Below, one piece after another: positions 5,575 through 11,377 of a stretch of DNA of 11,377 bases. The stretch is taken from the NCBI GenBank assembly GCA_964247135.1, contig CAXTTL010000157.1, positions 1-11,377 of the forward strand, in the 5' to 3' direction. The position numbers and the translations under genes were made by a program. The notes under the pieces are model-generated. The model searched no databases. It was not told the DNA's origin and saw nothing but the letters and a program-made list of their open reading frames with translations. Positions within the stretch are counted from its first letter, which is position 1. The number at the start of each line of letters is the position of its first letter. Source of the stretch: an uncultured Deinococcales bacterium. GTDB taxonomy: Bacteria > Deinococcota > Deinococci > Deinococcales > JAAFIG01.

Positions 5575-5605
5575 AAAAAGGGCTTCTACCGATTCGGTGA
5601 AGCCC
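5575..5605 (-). terminator. Intrinsic terminator/attenuator immediately upstream of the first tRNA
   Basis: Minus strand reads GGGCTTC-ACCG-AAT-CGGT-A-GAAGCCC followed by TTTTTCATTT. Confidence 0.8.
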
Positions 5606-5629
5606 AAAATGCAAAATGGGTACACCAAG

Positions 5630-5800
5630 TTAACTTGTGAAGACCTCGAGACGGAATTCGTTACGACCTTGCCAACTGCGAACGCTTTGATGCTTCGGGC
5701 TACAACGCAATGCACTCCCGCAATAACCCGACAATAGATTCGCGCCGAAATTCGTGGCGGGATTCTCGAGTCTTAAATTTTGGAGTTGCATAAATGTCAT
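5630..5800 (-). CDS. Putative 56-aa leader peptide of the tRNA array
   Basis: MTFMQLQNLRLENPATNFGANLLSGYCGSALRCSPKHQSVRSWQGRNEFRLEVFTS*. SD-like GAAAGGT just upstream of ATG; stop 24 nt before the terminator hairpin; lies downstream of the predicted promoter. Confidence 0.55.
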   Translation of the reverse strand: MTFMQLQNLRLENPATNFGANLLSGYCGSALRCSPKHQSVRSWQGRNEFRLEVFTS

Positions 5801-5848
5801 GGCGACCTTTCAAACCTCGAGTGTCACTCGGGGTCAATCTCGAGGTTG

Positions 5849-5877
5849 AGTGTACGGTGTACGTAAATTTGTGTCAT
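5849..5877 (-). promoter_or_regulatory. sigma70-type promoter for the leader and tRNA array
   Basis: ATGACA (5877-5872) - 17 nt - TACACT (5854-5849) on the minus strand. Confidence 0.6.
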
Positions 5878-5931
5878 TCGTACAATTGCTTAGACGCCAC
5901 TAAGCCATTTGGTCAGAAGTTACGGTTTGAG

Positions 5932-5940
5932 TGTTACGCT
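5932..5940 (+). promoter_or_regulatory. Extended -10 element for leaderless moeA
   Basis: TGT-TACGCT ending 6 nt before ATG 5947. Confidence 0.55.
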
Positions 5941-5946
5941 CGAGGC

Positions 5947-7149
5947 ATGAAAACAGATGTGACGCTCGAGGAAGCCATATCAATCTTGGCGGGTATTTTG
6001 CCAGCACCACAACGCGAATCGGTTGGTTTGCTCGAGGGATTGCACCGCGTGCTGGCAGAGGATTTGAAAAGTCTGGTGGATCACCCAAGCGTCGATGACA
6101 GTTCCTTGGACGGTTACGCCGTGCGGCTCGAGGACACCCTTCAAGCCACGCCAGACCTTCCAGTGCGGTTCGAGGTGATGGGCGCGGTTGCGGCAGGCTC
6201 TGTGCCGTTTGTCGGGCGGCTCGAGAAAGATCAGGCGGTCAAGGTTTTTACGGGTGCGCCAGTGCCCGATGGCACAACTGGCATTGTCATGGTCGAAAAC
6301 ACGGTTCGAGACGAGGACAGCGTTTTTGTTTACCAGCCAGCCACGCCCGACGTTCGCAAGCGTGGGCAAGACCTCGAGGTTGGGAAATCGTACCTGCAAA
6401 AAGGTCAGATTTTGCGTGGCTCACAAATTGCACTCGCGGCGGCGATGGGTCACTCGAGTTTACCCGTCCTCAAGGTTCCTCGAATTGCCATTCTCAGCAC
6501 GGGCGATGAGATTCTCGAGCCTGGACAACCCTTACCGCCTGGTGGGGCGTACAACGCCAACAGTTACGGACTGGCGGCAATGCTGCGCGAAATGGGCGCT
6601 GAACCCGTGATTTTGCCTCGAGTCAAAGATGACTTGGATTCGATTCGCCAAAGTTTTGAAGCCGCCAAAGATTGCGATTTGCTCCTCACCATCGGTGGGG
6701 TCAGCATGGGTGAACGCGATTTTGTGCGGATGTTGCTCGAGCGTGAGGCGAATATGCACTACTGGAAAATCAAAGTCAAACCCGGTGGTCCACCCGTCTG
6801 CGCGACTTGGCAAAACCTGCCCGTGTTCGGGCTTCCAGGCAATCCAGTCTCGAGTCTGGTGATTTTCTTGCTGGTGGTGAAGCCTGCACTGTACAAACGT
6901 TACGGCGTCTTCGAGCCAGCGTATGAAACCGTAACTGCTACCGCACTAACGCCGTTTAAAAGCGCAGGCGCGAAAACAGGAATGTGGCGTTGCACCCTCG
7001 AGAAATTTGAGAATGGTTTTGGTGCAAGGGCTTTCGGTAATCAAAGCTCTGGAGTCTTGCGCAGCATGGTGCAAGCCAATGCGCTGGCGGTCGTGCCACC
7101 ACAAACGGAAGTCAAAACAGGCGAGAGGCTCGAGGTGATTCGACTCTAA
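5947..7149 (+). CDS. moeA: Molybdopterin molybdotransferase MoeA (gephyrin-like)
   Basis: Motifs HRVLAEDL, P-x-x-D-x-S-x-LDGYA, VFTGAPVPDG, STGDEI, GGVSMGERD, KPGGP, FGLPGNPVS and QSSG. The true start is probably ATG 5947 (MKTDVTLEEA). Confidence 0.95.
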   Translation: MKTDVTLEEAISILAGILPAPQRESVGLLEGLHRVLAEDLKSLVDHPSVDDSSLDGYAVRLEDTLQATPDLPVRFEVMGAVAAGSVPFVGRLEKDQAVKVFTGAPVPDGTTGIVMVENTVRDEDSVFVYQPATPDVRKRGQDLEVGKSYLQKGQILRGSQIALAAAMGHSSLPVLKVPRIAILSTGDEILEPGQPLPPGGAYNANSYGLAAMLREMGAEPVILPRVKDDLDSIRQSFEAAKDCDLLLTIGGVSMGERDFVRMLLEREANMHYWKIKVKPGGPPVCATWQNLPVFGLPGNPVSSLVIFLLVVKPALYKRYGVFEPAYETVTATALTPFKSAGAKTGMWRCTLEKFENGFGARAFGNQSSGVLRSMVQANALAVVPPQTEVKTGERLEVIRL

Positions 7150-7225
7150 AATTTCAAGCTTTGTATAGCCTTGAGTCTGCACAGTGATGCTCGAGTTTCT
7201 GAGGGATTTTTCATGCACATCAGGT

Positions 7226-7231
7226 TATGAT
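7226..7231 (+). promoter_or_regulatory. -10 element for the leaderless alpha-2-macroglobulin gene
   Basis: TATGAT ending 6 nt before ATG 7238; no clear SD. Confidence 0.55.
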
Positions 7232-7237
7232 TCGGAC

Positions 7238-10200
7238 ATGAAAAATGTTTTCAGGTTGTTGTTCATCGCGGCGTTGCTGATGTCATTTTTGACGGTCAGC
7301 GCCCAACAAAAAAGCATTTACTTGTATTCCAGAACTTACCTGCCCAATCAGGATGCGTTCGTCGAGTTCAACGCGCCGCCAGGAAACCTGGTCTTGTCGC
7401 TCGAGCGCGTCCTCGAGCCTGAACAGGTTTTGTTGGGGCAGAAAAACATTCGCAAGCCAGTCCTGCCGAGCGACGCCAAAACCAAAGTGATTCGCCGTGT
7501 CACGCGGCGTTTGACCACGGACGGTTACGACCGTTACAGCTTCGGCAAACTGCCCGTTGGCGTGTACGCGGTTCGTGCCAGCAAAGGGCAGACCAAAACC
7601 AGTATTTTGATGCTGGTTTCCGACTTGGGTTTGGTGGTCAAACGAGCGCCGACCAAAGCCTTGACCTACAGCGTCAATCGTTTTTCTGGCGCTCCAAAAG
7701 TTGCCAGCGTCTGGCTTTGGGATGCGGGCATCAAAGACCAAACGCTCTCGAGCAAAGATGGTGTGGCAGAACTCGAGGTGGGCAAGAAATCCGACCCCGT
7801 GTTCTTGGCTCGAGCTGGGAATGCCTGGGCGTTGTCTGGTGGGTCTTGGAATTCGTATGACGATGCCAAATTGAAGGGTTACATTTACACGGATCGTCCA
7901 GTTTACCGCCCTGGGCATCATGTGGAATTCAAGGGAACGTTGCGCGATGCCAAGACGCTCAAAGCCGCCGCTGGCAAAGAGGTCACGGTCTCGGTGCGGT
8001 CTTCGCAGGACGATACTGAAATCTTCAAAACCGATCTCAAAACCAACGATTACGGCTCGTTCAATGCAGGTTTTGATTTGACGCTCGAGGCGGTGACGGG
8101 TTCGTATTATGTCAGTGCCAATCTGAAAGGTGATACCAGCGAAAGTTATTCGGGATCATTTATCGTCGAGGCGTATCAAAAACCCGAGTACAGCGTGACC
8201 GTCACGCCAAGCCGTGAACGCGCCGTACAGGGTGATCGGGTCACATTTAAAATTTCTGCCGATTACTTGTTCGGCGGCAAGGTTTCGGGTGCGAAAGTCA
8301 CGTATTTCGTCACCAAAGCGCCGTATTACGCCTACACTTATGACGGCGAAACCTATGACGGCTCGGGTGACAGCACCGATTACGGCTCGGATTTGGTGAT
8401 CCGCGAGGAGGCGCGACTGGACAAAAACGGTTCACTCGAGGTCAGTTTGCCGCTCGAGAAAAACCCAAACGCCCAAGCGCTGTCCTACCGCATTCAAGCC
8501 GAGGTCGAAGACGAATCGCGTCGGACTGTGGCGGGCAACGCTCGGGTGATCGCCTATCCGTCGGCGGTCAATGTCAGTTCAAGAACCAGCGATTACATTT
8601 ACCAACCTGGCGATACGATCACCAGCACGGTCAACACCAGCGATCTGAACGACAAACCAATCTCGAGTATCGTCTCGCTCGAGGTGGTACGTGAAAGTTG
8701 GGTCAAGGTCAAGAATAATTACAAACAGGTGATGACCACGCTTTTCACGCGTTCGATCAAAACGGGCGCGGATGGCGTTGGGATGCTGAATTTCAAAGCG
8801 CCCAAAGGTGGGGGTTACAACATCATCGCCAGGGCGAAAGATTCCGCTGGGCGGGTTTCCAAGAGCGAATCTTTTGTTTGGGTGCTCGAGGACGGCGAGG
8901 ACTGGTACTGGAATTACCGCGAACTCGAGATCAAACTCGATCAGAAAAATTATAAAATCGGTGATACCGCCACAGCGCTGATCGGTTCGCCCAAACCTGG
9001 GGTTCCCGTGCTGGTCACGCTCGAGCAAGATGGGATCAAACGTTTTGAGCTTGTTCGCAGCCAAGGTGCGGCGATTCGTTACCGTTTCAAGATCACCAAA
9101 GACATGCAACCCAATGTTTATATCTCGGCGGTTTTGGCATCTGAGGGCAACTTCTTCTCGAGCAGCGCCACCGTGCGGGTTCCTGTGACCGACGCGTTCC
9201 TGAAAGTTGCGATCACGCCAGACAAAGCCAAATACCTTCCAGGCGAAAAAGGTAAACTCGAGATTAGCGTGACCGACAATGCTGGCAAGGGTGTTCCCGC
9301 CGAATTGGGCGTGGGTGTGATCGACGAGGCGATTTATTTGGTGCGCTCGGATGACACACCTGACATTCGGGCTTTTTACTATGGCACAAGGGGCAATTTG
9401 GTTGGTTACAACACCTCCGATGGCTTTAGCTTCGAGGTTGAAGCCCAAATCTTGGCTGGTTTAAAACCTGAAACCACCAGCGCCAGATTTGCCCAAAACA
9501 AAGAAGATTCCGCCGCCAAAGCCGCCGCGCCAGGAGACAACCCGAACACGCCGCGCAAGGACTTCCGTGACACCGCGTTATGGGTTCCAAACGTTGTGAC
9601 CGACGCGAACGGACGTGCCACGCTCGAGATTACCTATCCCGACAACTTGACCACCTACCGCACGACGGCTCGAGGGATCACGACGGACGCCAAAGTGGGG
9701 CAGGGGACAGGTAAATCCTTGGTGACAAAAGACGTGTTGACGCGTTTGATTACGCCGTCTTTCTTGGTGCGCGGCGACAGTTCTGTACTCTCGAGCATTA
9801 CCAACAACACCACCGATGCCGCCATCACCGCCCAGCAAAAACTCGAGTTGCAAAACCTCGAGACGACGGGTTCAACCGACCGTCAATACCCACTGGCAGC
9901 CAAAGCGCGTGAACGCACGGATTACACCGTTACCGCCAGCCAATCGGGCATTGCCACCGCCACCGCCAGCGTCAGCTCGGAGGGCGGCACAGACGCGGTA
10001 CAACTGAATGTTCCAGTTTTGCCGCGCGGTTCAAAAGAGCGTAAAGGCTTTGCCGCCAACGTTTCTGAAGGTGTCAAAACCCTCAACATTCCAACCGATG
10101 CCAACCTCGAGACTGCCAAACTGATGGTCTACATCACACCAAACCTGACGGGCGCGGTTGCCCCAGCCCTCGAGTATCTGGTTGGATACCCGTATGGTTG

Positions 10201-11377
10201 CACCGAACAAACCATGAGCCGATTCTTGCCAGCGCTGCTCGCCCAAAAAACCATCGGTTTGAACGGGCTGCCGCAAGCCACCATCGACGAAATTCCTGCC
10301 ATCACCAAAGCCAGCGTCAAACGACTGCTCGACTTCCAACACTCTGACGGCGGTTGGGGATTCTGGCAAACCGACACCAGCACCCTCGAGATGAGCGCCT
10401 ACGTGCTGCATGGTCTGGTCAAAGCCAAACAGGCGGGCGCGAAAGTGCCGAACGCCGCGCTCGAGAATGCGATTACCTACATTTCCAAAACCGTTCAAGA
10501 TGCCAAACTCGAGCAGGGGGAGCGTTCTTACGCCTACCGTTCGCTCGCCGAGGCTGGACGGGTCAACGTGGACGCCATGCAGCGCTTCTCGAGGCGCACT
10601 GAACTCGAGCCTTACGGGTTGGCAAATGTTGCCATCGGTTTGGCTAAAGTTGGTAAAACCACGGACGCCAAAGACGTGCTGGATCGCCTCAAAGCCAAAC
10701 GCATTGACCGTGATCGCGGGATTCACTGGGAAAAACCAAAAAAGCCTTACGACTGGTATTACTACTGGGACGATAACAACATTCAAACCACCGCCGTCGC
10801 GCTCGAAGCCATCGCCAAGATCGAGCCGAGCAGCCCGCTGTTGCCCAAAATCTCAAATTGGATTCTCAAAAATCGCTCAGGTTCGCGCTGGGTCAGCACC
10901 CAAGACACCGCCAGCGTGATCGAAGCCGCACTCGCCTTGCCAAAATCTCAAGCAGCTAACACTTCAAACTCCAGCATTCTGCTGAACGGCGCTAGCGTCG
11001 AAGCCAAAGCACTGCCGAGCAGTGTTGGCACGCAAACACTCGAGCTTCCAGCGGCATCTCTCAAAGCTGGCAAGAACACGCTGGAGCTTCAAAATTCTGA
11101 TCCAAACACCCTTTACAGCACCGAACTCCAATATGTGCGCGAACCGACCGAACTGAAATCCAGCGACGCGAGCGGCTTAAAGGTCAACCGCAAGTACGAA
11201 AAGCTCGAGGCAAAATGGGACGCGAAACAAAACCGTTACGTTTACGGGCGTAAACCCTTGCTCAGCGCCGGAAAACTCCAACCGCTGACCGTTGGTGACA
11301 TGGTGCTCGTGACCCTGTATGTCAAATCGCTCGAGGGTCGAATGCAGTACGTGCTCGTCTCCGACCCGATTCCTGCG
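7238..11377 (+). CDS. Bacterial alpha-2-macroglobulin (MG2/thioester-domain protein), 3'-truncated by window edge
   Basis: Starts MKNVFRLLFIAALLMSFLTVSA (signal peptide). Contains YTDRPVYRPG, EAYQKPEY, RKDFRDTALW, PDNLTTYR, the in-frame thioester motif YPYGCTEQT (Cys codon 10199), DGGWGFW and WVSTQDT. It is missing from the ORF track because it has no stop within the window. Confidence 0.95.
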   Translation, partial: MKNVFRLLFIAALLMSFLTVSAQQKSIYLYSRTYLPNQDAFVEFNAPPGNLVLSLERVLEPEQVLLGQKNIRKPVLPSDAKTKVIRRVTRRLTTDGYDRYSFGKLPVGVYAVRASKGQTKTSILMLVSDLGLVVKRAPTKALTYSVNRFSGAPKVASVWLWDAGIKDQTLSSKDGVAELEVGKKSDPVFLARAGNAWALSGGSWNSYDDAKLKGYIYTDRPVYRPGHHVEFKGTLRDAKTLKAAAGKEVTVSVRSSQDDTEIFKTDLKTNDYGSFNAGFDLTLEAVTGSYYVSANLKGDTSESYSGSFIVEAYQKPEYSVTVTPSRERAVQGDRVTFKISADYLFGGKVSGAKVTYFVTKAPYYAYTYDGETYDGSGDSTDYGSDLVIREEARLDKNGSLEVSLPLEKNPNAQALSYRIQAEVEDESRRTVAGNARVIAYPSAVNVSSRTSDYIYQPGDTITSTVNTSDLNDKPISSIVSLEVVRESWVKVKNNYKQVMTTLFTRSIKTGADGVGMLNFKAPKGGGYNIIARAKDSAGRVSKSESFVWVLEDGEDWYWNYRELEIKLDQKNYKIGDTATALIGSPKPGVPVLVTLEQDGIKRFELVRSQGAAIRYRFKITKDMQPNVYISAVLASEGNFFSSSATVRVPVTDAFLKVAITPDKAKYLPGEKGKLEISVTDNAGKGVPAELGVGVIDEAIYLVRSDDTPDIRAFYYGTRGNLVGYNTSDGFSFEVEAQILAGLKPETTSARFAQNKEDSAAKAAAPGDNPNTPRKDFRDTALWVPNVVTDANGRATLEITYPDNLTTYRTTARGITTDAKVGQGTGKSLVTKDVLTRLITPSFLVRGDSSVLSSITNNTTDAAITAQQKLELQNLETTGSTDRQYPLAAKARERTDYTVTASQSGIATATASVSSEGGTDAVQLNVPVLPRGSKERKGFAANVSEGVKTLNIPTDANLETAKLMVYITPNLTGAVAPALEYLVGYPYGCTEQTMSRFLPALLAQKTIGLNGLPQATIDEIPAITKASVKRLLDFQHSDGGWGFWQTDTSTLEMSAYVLHGLVKAKQAGAKVPNAALENAITYISKTVQDAKLEQGERSYAYRSLAEAGRVNVDAMQRFSRRTELEPYGLANVAIGLAKVGKTTDAKDVLDRLKAKRIDRDRGIHWEKPKKPYDWYYYWDDNNIQTTAVALEAIAKIEPSSPLLPKISNWILKNRSGSRWVSTQDTASVIEAALALPKSQAANTSNSSILLNGASVEAKALPSSVGTQTLELPAASLKAGKNTLELQNSDPNTLYSTELQYVREPTELKSSDASGLKVNRKYEKLEAKWDAKQNRYVYGRKPLLSAGKLQPLTVGDMVLVTLYVKSLEGRMQYVLVSDPIPA

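Noticed and set aside
1742-5715. Short ORFs overlapping the tRNA array (e.g. 1876-2193, 3094-3495, 3128-3646, 4003-4356, 5208-5570, 5425-5715)
   Set aside because: They translate tRNA sequence, lack RBSs and have no protein-like motifs.
1727-5760. TCGTGGCGG direct repeat near both array ends (1727-1735, 5752-5760) as att sites
   Set aside because: Only 9 bp. One copy is inside the terminator and the other is inside the leader ORF, which would exclude the promoter. No integrase is present.
5794-5946. N-terminal extension of moeA in the ORF track
   Set aside because: It has no MoeA similarity and overlaps the divergent promoter region. A -10 box directly precedes ATG 5947.
7283-10919. Minus-strand and alternate-frame ORFs (7283-7921, 8579-9448, 10031-10786, 10410-10919 etc.)
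   Set aside because: Shadow ORFs of the alpha-2-macroglobulin gene. The same applies to those over allB and moeA.

Overview
Bacterial chromosomal window, probably Deinococcota (inferred from DUF4384, leaderless TANNNT-N6-ATG starts and strong CTCGAG enrichment). On the + strand it carries the 3' end of a DUF4384 gene, allantoinase (allB), moeA and a bacterial alpha-2-macroglobulin gene that runs off the end. Between allB and moeA is a roughly 4.1 kb minus-strand unit. In transcription order it has a sigma70-like promoter, a 56-codon leader ORF, an attenuator-like terminator, an array of 24 tRNA or tRNA-like genes (18 amino acids; Asp and Ile absent) and a final terminator. Three Y-RNA-like ncRNAs are interleaved in the array (bulged-C helix, CCGA-N9-GUUAUC...ACUUG). 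An AT-rich gene for a 251-aa, possibly HEPN-like protein sits inside the array, bounded by imperfect inverted repeats. The most interesting reading, which is inference, is a translation-stress-inducible tRNA plus Y RNA operon controlled by leader-peptide attenuation. All RNA calls were folded by hand and need tRNAscan-SE/Infernal confirmation.
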